Shown here piece after piece: positions 13,181 to 27,825 of a DNA stretch of 64,000 bases. Under the pieces are notes generated by a model, which saw nothing but the letters and a program-made list of their open reading frames with translations, did no database searches and was not told the origin of the DNA. Each line of letters begins with the position of its first letter. Within the stretch, counting starts at the first letter, position 1. This stretch comes from Octopus bimaculoides (lineage: Eukaryota): positions 166,339,199-166,403,198 of the forward strand of contig NC_068982.1 of assembly GCF_001194135.2 (NCBI RefSeq), in the 5' to 3' direction. A program made the translations under genes and the position numbers.

Positions 13181-15042
13181 CTGAAAAAAAAAGTAAACAA
13201 AATATCGCTAGATTTAGCCTGAACAACTTGTGTTTGTGTGCGTGCGTGTGCGTGCAAGTTTGAAAAAGCTATTTGAGGCGCATCTCGCCCTCTCTTTCTT
13301 TCTCCAAAACCATGTCCATGAAACGCGTCCATGAGGGAGAGAGTTAGAGTTAGACAATCCAGCTTGACACGATCTTGCCTGTCGTTAATAAACACAAGAG
13401 AAATTCTTTTATGCTGAAAGCTGGGGAGAGTGAGGGAAAACATAAAAGACTGAGGCATGAAACGAAAGGCCAGACATAGAGTAAAAAAAGATTTCAAAAA
13501 AAAGGATGATTTGATGTGGAAATGAGAATACCATTAGTTTCAAATCTTTATAATAATTACCAATAATTGGTATTTGAAACTTACCAAACAGCTCTTTTAC
13601 TACAGCTTTAACTTTTACCATGGTTTATGTATGTATGGCTCGGCTTTCTTTCGTTTCTCTCTTACTACTTTCTCTTCGTTTTCTCTCCATTTCTCATCTC
13701 ATTCAGCTCTCTTCTGATGACTTGCACTTCTTTCCCNNNNNNNNNNNNNNNNNNNNNNNNNNNNNNNNNNNNNNNNNNNNNNNNNNNNNNNNNNNNNNNN
13801 NNNNNNNNNNNNNNNNNNNNNNNNNNNNNNNNNNNNNNNNNNNNNNNNNNNNNNNNNNNNNNNNNNNNNNNNNNNNNNNNNNNNNNNNNNNNNNNNNNNN
13901 NNNNNNNNNNNNNNNNNNNNNNNNNNNNNNNNNNNNNNNNNNNNNNNNNNNNNNNNNNNNNNNNNNNNNNNNNNNNNNNNNNNNNNNNNNNNNNNNNNNN
14001 NNNNNNNNNNNNNNNNNACCTTTCTTCTTTCTCTTCACACTCTCTTTCCCCCCGTTCTTTATATTCTCTATTCTTTTTCTCCCTCTTTTCTCTTTTTCTC
14101 TAAATTGTCTGTTATCTCTCTCTCCCTCTTCTTCGGTCTCTTTCTCATGCTCTCTCTATTATCCTCTTTTTCTTTCTCTAATCCTCTCTCTAAGTCTCCC
14201 GCACTCCTATCCAGTATATTGTACTCCGCTCTTTGCTCAGTATCTCCTCCTATCACTCTTTCTCACTCGCCAGTATGATGCATTAACGTACTCCTCTATA
14301 ATAGTGTCCACCAAAACTTCAGAAGACTCTCTACCAACGTAATAAGCTGAATCTACGGAGACAAAAAAAAATTCTCTTCTATACCTACATCCATTAAATG
14401 TCTATTAAATGTCCTAAATTAAAGTTATGAATCCAGAGCTATGCATTTTAAGAGAATGTGATAAATCTTTCTTTTGACTTGTCTATTCCAAATAAGAAAC
14501 CCAGAAGACCCGGTGTTTATTTTCGATTGTAAGATGAAATAAGACCTCGTAAAATTAAGTTTCGGAGGTATACTTGCGGAACATACTGAAACTAAAACGA
14601 CTACAGCGTGCAAGACAAGTATTAGCCATTCAAAAACAAAGACTTAGAAGTCTTTGTGTTTTTTTTAATAGTTAATGTGTTTTCCATGCTGCAATCGTTT
14701 AAAATGAATTGTTCTGCCAAAATACAACACCAATCGCAATACAATTAAAAACGAGATGTAGTCGTTTCGCACTTCTACATTTAGAAATCCACTCCAACGA
14801 TTGACCTTTGTTAAACTGTTTCCTATATGCCCTTTCCAGCACGATTAAACTGACCTCTAGTAATGTGCATTAGCTCTTTGACTCTGTTGTGCTGTCAGTG
14901 GTTCTGGTACCCAGGGACGAATTGAACACTAATGAGTTTTTATGCATAGCACTTTTTAAAGGCCCTTCAAGTTTTGCATTTAGTTCTTATTTTTAAATAA
15001 ATCAAATTCCTCTCTCTTCTTCTCTCGCTCTCTCATATGTCT

Positions 15043-15084
<42 letters not shown>

Positions 15085-18000
15085 TCTCCCTTTCCCTCGC
15101 TGAAAGTGAAACATTCAACAAAGTTAAAATGCTTAATTTGATGTAAATACCATAAATAATTATGATCAATCAAATTAAATCATAATGAAATGAATCTTTC
15201 AGATAAGAATTTTCCTTACTTTACAACTACAAAGTTGTGAACAGCGTCACTGAAAAGAAAAATCTGCGAGCCTAATTTGTCCAACCGATGTTCTGTTCAT
15301 GTTTTTGATGTCTCATCTTTGTAAACGAACATTTCTCAGAAAAATTAATCCAGTAGATCCTGATAGTTGTGGTTGTGTTTAGGGATGCAGATTTTACATC
15401 TTTACCCATAATGCATACGTGTAATACTAAAAAAAAAGAATCACTTCTGATCTAAGAAACCCCTTAAGATTTGACGCTGCACAACTTAAGCGAAGTTGCT
15501 AGTTTAGTCATTATAGTAGAACTTTGGCAGTTTGATTACAGCCTTTCTCAATAAACCCTTGAACTATGTTTGGAAGATAAACAAAGAAACCAAATCTTAC
15601 AGCTACTGTATATAGTAAGGCGCTTTCGTAGGCAAGCATTCAAAGAATCTGTACACGGAATAAAACTTTCGGTATCACTGCAAAATGGCCGTGGTCTAAT
15701 AGATCCAAACGATCGTTACGCTTTTGTTTGCATTCCATTTGTGGTGTGTACTTCATCGTTCGTGACACGTGAAATCACACCTTTTCAAATTTATCCGAAG
15801 CATCCCTTTAATGTTTGACAAATTCAGTGAAAGATTGTAACACATCATAGGCTGCATTTTAATTTAAGCGTTTCTAATTGCAGTGTTACATTGCTTTAGT
15901 TGAACCACTCCAACAATATACACCATAACTCTGCAGAAATCCAGTTTCCAACTTGTACGTTCGATCATACGAACCTTTAGCAGAATAATGGCAGTATTTC
16001 AATCTTTGTTCTTAGATATATCAAACAGTATATCGATTATTTCTTCGTAGCCCTTTGTGAGTGCTTCTACTGCAGCGGATCCGCAGGACTGAGAATCACT
16101 CAAGCTTTTGAGAAAATAAAAAAGACGGTGCCTGAATTAAATTAAAAGATGCGGCTACTGAGCAGCATAAGATTACTTCTTTGTTAGCCAAATTAAAATA
16201 GTGATCAAAACAATGAACATTGCGCAGAGATTTAATTATAGGATTCTCTTCGGTATGTATATTAGCTAGACATTCCTGCTTTGTCATGAGACTGTCTACA
16301 ATATCTAATATATCCGTTCCAGTTTGTTCCATACAAGAAATACATGTGTCCAATGGAGTCAAAAAGAGTAAAGAAACGTTCAATTTGTTCTATTCCCTAC
16401 AAAGGCCTCGGTACAACCTTAAATTGATAAATATGACTGAATAAACCAAAAATACACTTTTACTCGACTTTTAACATTCCTATAGCAGAAATGTATGAAA
16501 GAAATTTGTCTACAATCAAAATTTGTTATTTCTTCATAAATAATATTGATCAAACATGATTTGAATGAACTGCACAATAAATTAATTAAACAACTTACAG
16601 AATAAAGGAATTTGAAGATTGATAGACTCTAAATTTGAGTCGTTAATTTTGTTCAGAATTGTATGCAATATAAACAAGTGATGTTTATAAAATTATATAT
16701 CTCATTCGTTAAATATAATAATTTTTTTTTTTAATGATAGTTGGACGTAAAAGTCTATTTACTGACCTGTGTGAGTCGATCCCTATCTTTCCTAACATCT
16801 GCTTTATGGTCCTGTGGGTACCCCTTTAACCGCACTTGCTAAACGCTGTCATTCCTATCTAAATTCAGTCGATGCAGCCATCATTGACTCATTTCCTATT
16901 TTCATCAAATGCTTCTCTCTTAGCATTGCATTTTCTACCGTCCATAAAGTTCTTTCCAGCGTCTAACATACAATAAGAAATGAATATCTATTATTTACTG
17001 CAGTGGTTGACAACACTTATCTCAGTTATTTCGTGTTCCAGATACATACATCATTTCTTTTCCTTTCAAATCATCCAAGAGACATTTTTATATATCAAGC
17101 TTTATGACTCTTTTTGCTTAGCATATATTAGGTTTGTTCTGTGTCTGGGAATGTACCTTATTCATTGTACTTCAGTACATGCGTTTATGAAAAATAAACA
17201 CCTAATCTTCTGAGAAATATTTACCTGCAATAGACTCGTGTATTATAAAACTAATGTTTCGTCTCCGCGGAAACTACTAAATATGTTAGCAAGGAGTAAC
17301 TGCTCGGCGCACTGTGATTTATATATGAATTGGCATAAAATTTAGGGCAGACAGTTAAACATACACTATTAAACACACTCGTATACACAAAATATGATAG
17401 GTAAATAGTTGCACACGAGCAAAATGTTCACACACTCATTCCTATCAGTGTCTTTAAAAGCAAAAACACTAAGTTCCACAAGAAGCTCGACATTCTACCT
17501 TAAGAGTAAGTCTTTGAGTGGTATTCCTACTACTAATGATTACGAATCCTGTAATATACCAATGTGTTGCATTTGGACTTCTTAGATTTAGTCAAATCGT
17601 TCGGGAGTCAGGAAACGGTAAGATCTTAATCACTTCGTGATCTTATATGAAAGCGCAATATAACATGACAAGTCGCAATGAATCTAGTTGATATATGTAA
17701 ATTAGTGAAATTAAGGAAAACTGCTGTGATGAGAGTGAAGCAGCAGAAGTAGGGATCTTACGATTAAAGACCCCATCAAATTAACTTGTTCTCTGAATCA
17801 AAAGTGAGGAGCGACTTGTCGCTTAAACCCTGATAGCCATGATCATGTTGACTTATGATCAAAACTATTCCAGCCATGACCATCCTGGCTTTTTAACGAT
17901 ATCTAAGTGTCCTTTCTCAAATTTAAGATGGAGGGATGTGATAGAAAATTTGGCTGCTATTTCTAGTATATCATGCGTCTTCAAGAGACTCCTTTTTGGG

Positions 18001-18411
18001 TGTCTTGTTTATTTGACGGTGTCCACTTTTATGAAACGTTATTTTGAAATTACCAAGAGGTGGAGAAGAGGGAGAAAATGTCATATAAACCAGATTACTA
18101 TTTTCCGTCTTATTTTCATTCTATTTAATTACAGCTATGTTTTTTGTCTTTTCGTACTGTTCCTCACTATTGCACACTATCTTTCCTTTTATTAATTGTC
18201 TACTAGTTCATTCACTTTGAATTGTTTCTACATAAAAATGTGCCTCTTTATCTTCTATTTAATCTCTAGAAATTGATTGCATTCTTCTTATCAGAACAAT
18301 TCGAAACGCTATTCTTGAAGCAATATTCAGTTCGAAATGTTATATGTTATCTGGGATCTCAGTTTCGGTTTAACAAAATATCAATTAATTAAGCGAGTAT
18401 TCGTAAGGCTA

Positions 18412-18470
<59 letters not shown>

Positions 18471-19611
18471 GAGAGAGAGATTGTTTCTTTTATTAAAATT
18501 ACATGCAGGATGGTAGTTCTAACGATACACAAAACAGCTGAACAATAGAAAAAGTTAAAGAATACTAAATACAAACCAGATGCACAGAAAAAAATAAATA
18601 TTCAATCTCCCATCTAATTGGTATCAAATGGGAAGCAAGAACTTTCTGGAAACCTTTCCCAATTGATCTGGTTCTCAACCATGATTGCATCTCGCGTTGT
18701 TTTATAAAGGTTTTCAACCTTGATTAACTTTAATGTCAGCTTTATAAATTGAATACCAGCATTTTTTAAGAGAAAGATTCTGTTACATGGAAAGACCAGC
18801 TATCCAAATGAATGGACTATTATTTATTTATTTTTTTTAATAAGGATTGGCATAATTAGTTTTCTTTGATTGGGCAGAAAGACATTTTTGAGAAAAATAT
18901 TAATATAAATTTTACAGCAAAATAGGAAAGCATAATATTCATTCCTTTCTCTGAGATATCGAATGACCAAACTATAAATAAATTGCTATTCCTTTCGCTG
19001 ATTTAAATAAATAACCTTATTTGAAACCCGTAAGGAAATTATTGACTTTAGATTACTAGATTTTTGTTAGGGTTTCATATTTTCTACCTGGGTTTTGATT
19101 TCCAATCCCACACAGTCAGCTTTGACGTTTCACCCTTCTGTAGTCGATAAATTAAATCGTGTCTCAAAGTCGGAGATCGATCCAATAATATTCTACACCG
19201 TCCTCTAAAATTTGTAGTCTTGTGCCAATGTTAGAAACTTTTTACTAACAAATGGTTCGTTTGCACGATGCTACAAGTGACACAAACATTATGCACGGTG
19301 CTGGATAAATTTCAGTATGTTTTCGTTGTTAACGTTTCTGCAATCAAGCCTCGCTGGAAATTGTTTAGCATTTATTTCGTCCCACTTCTTTGAGAAGTGT
19401 CAATTACTTATTGGTGGCAATACAGCACGATATATCCCTTCGCTTTACGAATGATTTGTTGCAAACTAACAAAATAGGTCTTCACGAGGAAGAATTAAAT
19501 TCAAAGTGTTCCCCTTCATTCATTTAATGATGAACATGTATATGGAAGGATCACTCATTCCTCTGGATTCAATACCAGTCAATCGTAGATCGAATTAATA
19601 TGTTGTGTGGG

Positions 19612-20065
19612 GGGGAGGGCACGTAGCATTGTGATTAAAGTGTTGGGCTCACGATCGTAAAATAGCGGGTTCGATTCTTTGACCACGTGTCGTGTTGTGT
19701 CCTTGAGCAAGGCACTTCATTTCACGATACTCCAAACATTCAACTGAAAATGAGTACCAGCCGAATATTGGTGCTGTTCTCTCTTTCACCAGCAGTCACA
19801 TCATCGATGTTCCGCTGAATCATGGGAATGAGGGACAAGAGCGTGTCAATGTCCACTCGCGATTCCACACGTATCTAAAACAACTATTAAAAGTGTGCTA
19901 TCAGTTCATATTCGTTTGCGAGTTGACAGCTAAGCGTGTGTGTTTGTGTGTGTGACCTGGTGGTTAGGGTGTTGCTCTCACAATCGCTAGATCGTGGGTT
20001 CGATTCCCGGACAGAGCGGCGCGTTGTGATCTTGAGCAAAACACTTCATTTCACGTTGCTCTAAA
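19612..20065 (+). mobile_element. Two degenerate tRNA-head SINE fragments (19612-19765 and 19955-20065)
   Basis: gtggttagggtgttg...gggttcgattccc followed by cttgagcaa(g/a)(g/a)cacttcatttcacg in both copies. Confidence 0.7.
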
Positions 20066-20175
20066 TACCCACGTGCTGTTGTGATCCCTCATTTTCGGCG
20101 AGTAGTAAATCCTACTATACTTACGAATTATTAATCTAGTTGATATCAAAATGTAATATTTAAATATCAAATTTC

Positions 20176-20368
20176 AAGGCGGGTAGCTGGCAAAATGCTT
20201 ACGGCATTTCGTCCGTCTTTACGTTCTGAGTTCAAATTCCGTCGAGGTCAGCTTTGCCTTTCGTCCTTAGGGAGTCGATAAAGTAAATATCAATTGAGTA
20301 CTGGAATCAATGTAATCGACTTACTTCCTGCCCCACATTTGCTGGCCTTGAGCTAAACTTTGAAACCA
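20176..20368 (+). mobile_element. SINE family B copy
   Basis: tacgttctgagttcaaattccgtcgaggtcagctttgcctttcgtcc core. Further degenerate copies at ~1465-1540, 3655-3825, 6040-6160 (-), 9735-10105 (-, two), 32835-32960 and 35256-35625 (two). Confidence 0.8.
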
Positions 20369-21720
20369 ATATTTAAGTATTAAATCAAAGTGCCGTCTTC
20401 AGTTGTTTTATCAGACGTTTTAAAAGAGTGCTTCATGTTCTAGTTAANNNNNNNNNNNNNNNNNNNNNNNNNNNNNNNNNNNNNNNNNNNNNNNNNNNNN
20501 NNNNNNNNNNNNNNNNNNNNNNNNNNNNNNNNNNNNNNNNNNNNNNNNNNNNNNNNNNNNNNNNNNNNNNNNNNNNNNNNNNNNNNNNNNNNNNNNNNNN
20601 NNNNNNNNNNNNNNNNNNNNNNNNNNNNNNNNNNNNNNNNNNNNNNNNNNNNNNNNNNNNNNNNNNNNNNNNNNNNNNNNNNNNNNNNNNNNNNNNNNNN
20701 NNNNNNNNNNNNNNNNNNNNNNNNNNNNNNNNNNNNNNNNNNNNNNNNNNNNNNNNNNNNNNNNNNNNNNNNNNNNNNNNNNNNNNNNNNNNNNNNNNNN
20801 NNNNNNNNNNNNNNNNNNNNNNNNNNNNNNNNNNNNNNNNNNNNNNNNNNNNNNNNNNNNNNNNNNNNNNNNNNNNNNNNNNNNNNNNNNNNNNNNNNNN
20901 NNNGTGTGTGTTATCTTCATTCCCTGTGATTAGTTTCAGTTTCAACAACTGCATATTTTATTACATTGACTATACCCAATTATCCTTATACCTTCCAAAT
21001 TACCTCTGTAACCAGCCCTAAAACTATTCTGTTCTAGCTCTTCGGACGATTGCGCGTCACATACACTCTCTCTCTCTCTCTCTCTCTATCTCTATCTCTC
21101 TATCTATCTATCTATCTATCTATCTCACACACACACACACACACAGGTACATCTGTTCTAATTGATAGAAAACTTGGTCAGGGTTTAATGATTGGCGTGT
21201 TTTGGTGTGGGAATTTCCTTCTGCTGGACATCTGCCATCCCCAATATCTCATTAGTTTCCTCATTTTGTTCCACTATACCAAGTTGATCGTAAACCATTT
21301 TACTAGAATTATTCAAAGATCAAACAACAGACGATCGAATCAATCTATTCGAAAATATACACCAAAACTGTTTATCATCTGCTTGTGTATATCCATCTTT
21401 ATTCGCACTCTCGCATATACACATCTCCTGTTTCCTGTCATCATCACATACAGTTACACACATGGAGAGAAGGACGTGCATTAATTTGATGAAAGTACCA
21501 GATGACTAACCCTACCGTGATCAAATATATCCGTTCTTAGCTGATCTTCCCTACTGACGTTATTTTAGAAAAAAAAGTTTAGTTGCAGCATTTCAAATGC
21601 ACTTACACATGAGTAAATTCAGTACAACTGAGAATTGAAAACTGTTAGACAGGAGTTTAGCATGTAGGCTACGATGTCCGTTGTGCATTGATCTATGTAT
21701 CTGTCTGTTAGTCTCTCTTC

Positions 21721-21926
21721 ACTCTTTTACTTGTTTCAGTCATTTGACTGTGGCCATGCTGGAGCACCGCCTTTAGTCGAGCAAATCAACCCCAGGACTT
21801 ATTCGTTGTAAGCCTAGTACTTATTCTATCGGTCTCTTTTGCCGAACAGCTAAGTTACGGGGAGGTAAACACACCAGCATCGGTTGTCAAGCGATGTTGG
21901 GGGGACACACACAGAGACACACACAC

Positions 21927-21981
<55 letters not shown>

Positions 21982-22143
21982 GACAGGCTTCTTTCAGTTT
22001 CCGTCTTCCATATCCACTCACAAGGCTTTGGTCGGCCCGATGTTATAGTAGAAGACACTTGCCCAAGGTGCCACGCAGTGAGACTGAACCCGGAACCATG
22101 TGGTTGGTAAGCAAGCTACTTACCACACAGCCACTCCTACACC
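21721..22143 (-). mobile_element. tRNA-derived SINE family A with internal (CA)/(TA)n
   Basis: Near-identical to 36128-36538. tRNA-like head on the minus strand (ggagtggctgtgtggtaag...ggttccgggttcagtc). Degenerate copies at 23470-23745 (+), 26575-26732, 33690-33990 and 45500-45640. Confidence 0.88.
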
Positions 22144-22446
22144 TATACAGCCACTCCTTGGGTCAATCCAAAACTTTTGGCATGAAACTAGATAGAGAGG
22201 AAATCAGTCAGATAGACTCTCCTTGTAATTCAAGAAGTCAGCTTTGTCATATTCTGGTTCACACTGGTTCTGCCGAAAATTGTGATAAAGATATGCATGT
22301 TGGTGGAATAATCAGCAACTTACACACTAATACAGCTGGAATAGTCATAGTCGAAGTTATTATGCTTATATAAAAATTATATTTAGGACCTTGGAAGCAA
22401 TTATGAACCTTAAATAACAACAACAATCTTCTTTTCAATCTTTCAG

Positions 22447-22789
22447 CTGGTTGGCAAGCGCCGAGAAAGCGATTATCTCGAAGATACCGGCAAAGAAGCA
22501 CCCTGGACGACCTTGAAGAACTCATAGCACCTACCACCAGTTGCAGTAGCTACTGCACTGGTGGCGATGGAGTTAGCGAAATCCCAGAGGAGGAAGAAGT
22601 ATTAGTGGATAATACTTTTCATTCAGAAGATGAAGACGACGAGAATGACAACCAATCAAGAATGATGGGGATCGAGTCTAGAGACCGGCAGTTTCTACAA
22701 CGGGAGCTGCACAACATGAGAATGGAGTTGGAACAAGCCAGAGAAACAATCTGCAAGCTACAAGACAGGGAAAAGCAACTACGTGACAG
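22447..22789 (+). CDS. SPATA18-like: MIEAP (mitochondria-eating protein/SPATA18)-domain gene, internal coding exon (basic patch, acidic disordered region, coiled coil)
   Basis: Acceptor tctttcag|ct, donor gacag|gtatcg. Open frame GWQAPRKRLSRRYRQRSTL...LQRELHNMRMELEQARETICKLQDREKQLRDR. Entry phase 1; exit phase 2 joins the next exon in frame. Confidence 0.85.
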
Positions 22790-24303
22790 GTATCGCTTCT
22801 TTATTGTATTCCACTTGTTTTTTGTTGTTTGAGCCCGAGTAAACCCTTTCGGAGCTACTTAGGATCAAAGCCATGATGATTCAGTCTTTTCGTTAGTAGT
22901 GCTTACCCTAGTCTAATTTAATGTGTCCCATTCTTAAGACAGGAGTCATTTGAGAGAAACCTGGGTGTTATTTCTAGCAGCTAAGGTGACCACATAAGCT
23001 CCCTCATTAGCTTGTCAGTCTCACTTTTATTGCTTAATGCTGCTTGCAGGGATTCTTAACTTTTACAAACATTATTGACTGTTTGCTGTCCTTAAGTCTT
23101 CAGCTTCCCCATGTAGCAGCAATGGCAAATCCTTTTCATTTTATTTTTTCTATTCTTTGTTCCATTATTTGACAACGTTTTTAAAGAATTTGTATTATGT
23201 ATGTTTTGAAATAAAAAAAATAAGACTCATAATTCCTTAAACCATCAACATGAGTTTTAATCTGTTTTTGTTGATTACAGACAAAACACTTATTTCTACA
23301 TAGCTTCATTTCCCCAAGCTATTAAGAATGTGTCAGGTCATCGATTAGGTAAAGTTTCCTGCGGTGGACTTAACGTTTTATTTAGTGAGCAGATTCATTC
23401 ATCATTTGAAAGCAGAAGTGAAAGCACGTCATCAAAAACCACTCGAAGATTAAGGAACATTAACACACAGGCACAGACATGGCTGAGAGATTAAGCCTGT
23501 TTTGCAACCATGTGGTTTCAGGATTAGTCCTACTGTGTGGTATCTTGATTTGGTCAGTCTTGTTAGTGAACTTGATTGACAGGAACTGTGAGAGATCCAT
23601 TGTATGCATGTATGTATGACATAGTGTTTGTGTTTCTCCTCCCATCACTTGACAAATAATATTGGGTTAGGTTTTTTTTTTTTTTATGTCATTGTAACTT
23701 AGCGGTTTGAAAAAAAAAGACTGGTAGAATAAGTAACCATACAAATCTCTGGTTACTGTCCATTGACAGAAACTTACAAAATAGTAAATATGAAATTGAG
23801 ACACTGATCTAGATGATGACATCATGAATGTTTGATAGTTTGTATCTTATTGTTGGTACTTTATTTGATTCATATTCACTCAGTTCTTCTAAACATCAAT
23901 AGACTCTGTTGTAAAAAACTGAGGAGGACATTGTACAATTAACAAGTTTACACTAGTTTACAGTATCGAATTCTAGTGCTCAGTGTGGAGTCTTGAGTTG
24001 TCAAGAGGAAACTATCCTGTATATCCTTCCTCAAGATTTCTTGAAATTAGCAGGATCCCTAACAAGCCAATCTTCCATCTACATTTTTTTTTTTTTTACA
24101 AGATTAAAAAGATTGGAAATTGAAGTATTTATAGGGGAGACAGTTTGCACTAAAGTGTAGTGATGTCATTTAAAATGTTTAAGGTCCACATTAATTTAGC
24201 AATTTCCAATGATGGGCAGTTCATCCCATTCAAGCAATATAAAAGAATGTGATTGTTGGCTGTACCTTTAACTACTTTCTCTGATTTTATTTTTCTTCTG
24301 AAG

Positions 24304-24514
24304 ATTATCAGAACAAGTTCAGAAACAATTTACCATCACAAACAGCCATTTTGAAGATTTGTCTTTGAATGAAAAACGACCAACAGAACTTATCCGTCTC
24401 TATGGTAACCTTTATAGTGAAACAAGAGTGGAAGCTGCTGATGATCTTGATAGTATTCCAGAAATAGCCCAGTATGATAATCTCAAGACAAAGATTCTAT
24501 TCTCTGTCGTTGTG
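24304..24514 (+). CDS. SPATA18-like: MIEAP-domain gene exon
   Basis: Acceptor ttcttctgaag|a, donor gtg|gtaagt. Encodes RLSEQ...FEDLSLNEKRPTELIRLYGNLYSETRVEAADDLD...KILFSVVV, typical of the start of the MIEAP domain. Confidence 0.9.
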
Positions 24515-25881
24515 GTAAGTGTTATGGTCCATACACTTGTGACTTTGTTACAAATATAGTTTAGATATTGTGTTAAGAAACTTTCAATGTAAGCACGGTT
24601 AGAATACTGTTGGATATTGTTATCTGTAGTTGTGTATAACTAAATTAATGATTAACGTATTCATATCAGAGTAATAATTATATCTTAAGCATTTATAACA
24701 AGCTTCCAGAACTTCCAAAATCAAATCTTTTCTGTATTACAGGCCTAAATTATACCTTAACCATACTTTTCTAACGTTATTAGACTTGAAACAATCCAAG
24801 GGAAGCTTCAGCAAGCTCTCAAATACTTCCTTAATAAGGGCTGTATTTCACACTTATGTAAGATTGCTTGATGGTCTGATGTTATTAGTGAAACGTTTCC
24901 TTAATAAAAGGAGTGAGGTTATGCTCTAACAGCTATTGTAATTATTGACAGATGTGTCTATGCTAGCCATTTAAGCACTTTGTGCTCTTGATAAACAATC
25001 TGTTCTGTTCATTCTTATTTGCCACTTACAACATTGTCCATCATGCTACATTCATTATTTCCTTGGTTTCCCTCTATCACAGCTATCATTAATCATCAGC
25101 CCCTCTTACCTCATTTCAAACCTGTCAACTATTTCTCTAAGCTTCATCAGCCAATAATTGAACAGAAATATTAATTCTTACTTCACCTTTCATCTACCTT
25201 GACCCACTCCATCCCTAGCTATTTATCAATCATTAATCCAATTTCTTTGAGGGTTCAAATCCTCATGGCTCAAGAATTACATTAAAATATTGACCACGTA
25301 TTTGATGTTGCTGCAGTTACACACACCAACATTCTAGATTATGTCCTACCAAATGCTACCTCAGCTCACATAACATATTTGCCATGCTTTCTCTTGTTAT
25401 CTCTACTGTCTCAGCTTTCTGGTACTCATTTTCTTGTTCATGTTATTATTGTTGCTTAGCCACAGATCAGCCAAGATTGAGCAGACTTTTGATTAAAAGC
25501 ATTCTAAGAAAGGCCATCTCAGTTTTGTAGATATAGTTTATTTCAGACTGCATGTGTGTGTTCAACCTCATTTTTAGAGAGCAAAATGTGATTTGAGAAA
25601 TTTTGCTGCTATTTCTAGCAGATAAGTGGCTATGTATAGGCTCCCTAGACGTTGACACACAGAAGATCATGCTGAACAACCACCACACCAACATAATCAA
25701 GTCTGTGGGAGTCTGCAATAATCATGAACATTGAACCTTTCTACTTAAACTATTTCATGAAAAGAAACGGCACCTTATCAACTAGTTTTGCTGCCATAAC
25801 CCTTAATATTCAAATTAGATTCAGCGTTGTTTATACCTCCTAAAAAGTGTGTTTCAATATCTATTACCTCATTATTTTCAG

Positions 25882-26067
25882 TTGGCTTTTCGCTCAACAC
25901 TCAACTCTTTGTTGGATTTAAAAAGTAAAGTCCGAGATTTACTTCGTATTCAAGTCAGTGACATTAACAACCAAAGTAATGACCTGCCATCTTTAACACT
26001 GGAAGCTGAGATTGATGATTACATAAAGAAGACTGTGGACCGTTATGACTGTTCAGCTAATTCTGAG
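25882..26067 (+). CDS. SPATA18-like: MIEAP-domain gene exon
   Basis: Acceptor tattttcag|ttg, donor gag|gtaact, phase 0/0. Encodes LAFRSTLNSLLDLKSKVRDLL...YIKKTVDRYDCSANSE. Confidence 0.9.
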
Positions 26068-27023
26068 GTAACTTCATGGTTATTTTACAATTTATTTCTA
26101 TTCACTTTATTAGGATTTCCTGGCTTCTTGGGGGTTATAGGTAATCTCTTATCACAATTACATGTTAGCCTTCTACCTTTCCAGGCTATTTTTACTACAG
26201 TATATGACAGCTCCTGACCTACTAGAAATAACAGCCAACCATTTATTTCTCCCTATATATCTTCATCATTGTAATGTCCACTTTTCCATGCTTGCATGGG
26301 TCAGACAGAATTTGTTGAGGCAGATTTTCTATGGATGTATGCCCTTCTTGTTGCCAACCCTCATCTGTTTTCAAGCAAGATATTTCCCATAGTGAGAAAT
26401 GGTTTTTCATGGAAGCCTAGAAACAAAGAACCTCACTTGTATGAGTGATGCTCATTTACAACCATTATGTGATATCTAAGACAAGGGTACACACACACAC
26501 ACACACACACACATATTTCTTATACAATAACATTGTTGACAGTAACTTCAAAGTTTCAACCAGCTAGGCCATTATTTATGATGGGCTTATTTTGGTTTCC
26601 ATCTACCAAATCCACTCACAGGGTTTGGTTGGCCCAGGGCTATAGTAGAAGACACTTGCCCAAGGTGCCATGCAGTGGGACTGAATCCAAGACCACTTGA
26701 TTGAAAAGCAAGCTTCTTCATTGCTCAGCCATGATGTCTGCAATCTGAGTTCAACTTCTTGCATAGTCAACTTTGTTTCTGATTTGGTAAAATGATTACC
26801 AAAAATATTCAGTTAACCAATTGTAGATTGGATTGTGCTCCAGTGGTTAACATGTATAGGTGGGCCTACGACAAGCATAAATAAGTTGGTGACATCATAT
26901 TAAGACTTTCATCATGCAATAGATTAAAAACAACTGAATGGAAATAGAGACTTGGAAAACTAAACTACAATATCATGAGACTAATGTCAGCAGAAATGTA
27001 TAATTACCCTATAAATCTATCAA

Positions 27024-27221
27024 CCCTTTAACTTCAAAAGTAAATTTCATGATTATTGCAGTAATGCTGTTAAATATCTACAAAAAAAAAATAGAATTAG
27101 TATTTTCTGCAAGTCACATTGCCTCAAGCTTGACATAACTCAGCAAAAAATAATTTCAAACATGACATTCTTCAACAAAAGATAGATAGGTATAGAAAAA
27201 ATGCTTCTGCTGTTAAGGGTA
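27024..27221. mobile_element. Degenerate piggyBac-like MITE
   Basis: aaccctttaac...tgttaagggtaa imperfect TIRs. Confidence 0.45.
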
Positions 27222-27825
27222 ATGAAATTTTGAGTGAATATCTGATTTCTGCAATAAAAGGGTGAACATTTATATTTAATTCTATATACTATACACACGC
27301 ACTAGCACGTGTGTGTGTGTATGTGTATCTATATACATTCATATGTACATACATGAATGACAGCTCTAACTTGACTGGAAGTAATTCCATTACATGATTG
27401 TTCTCTTAAACATTGGCAGCACAGATACAGCTTTTCAGTTCTGCTGGGGTCTTACACTTTTTTACAAGAGTAGCAATGATGGGTGTCTCGTACAATAGGT
27501 GTAACAATATTGTTTTAATGAGCCTTCATATGACATTTCACTCTACCTTCTGGCACGGTATTTTCTACATTCCCGGCAAGTAAAGATACCACACATATCA
27601 TCATCATCATCATCGTTTAACGTCCGCTTTCCATGCTAGNNNNNNNNNNNNNNNNNNNNNNNNNNNNNNNNNNNNNNNNNNNNNNNNNNNNNNNNNNNNN
27701 NNNNNNNNNNNNNNNNNNNNNNNNNNNNNNNNNNNNNNNTATACATACATACATACATACATACATGCTTACATACATATGCTCACATCATTTATATAAT
27801 TTCATCTATCATTACTCTTTTGCAG

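Noticed and set aside
17640-17860. p53 response element near the MIEAP-like 5' region (mammalian SPATA18 is a p53 target)
   Set aside because: Only partial half-sites were found (e.g. tgacaagtcg); there is no paired RRRCWWGYYY.
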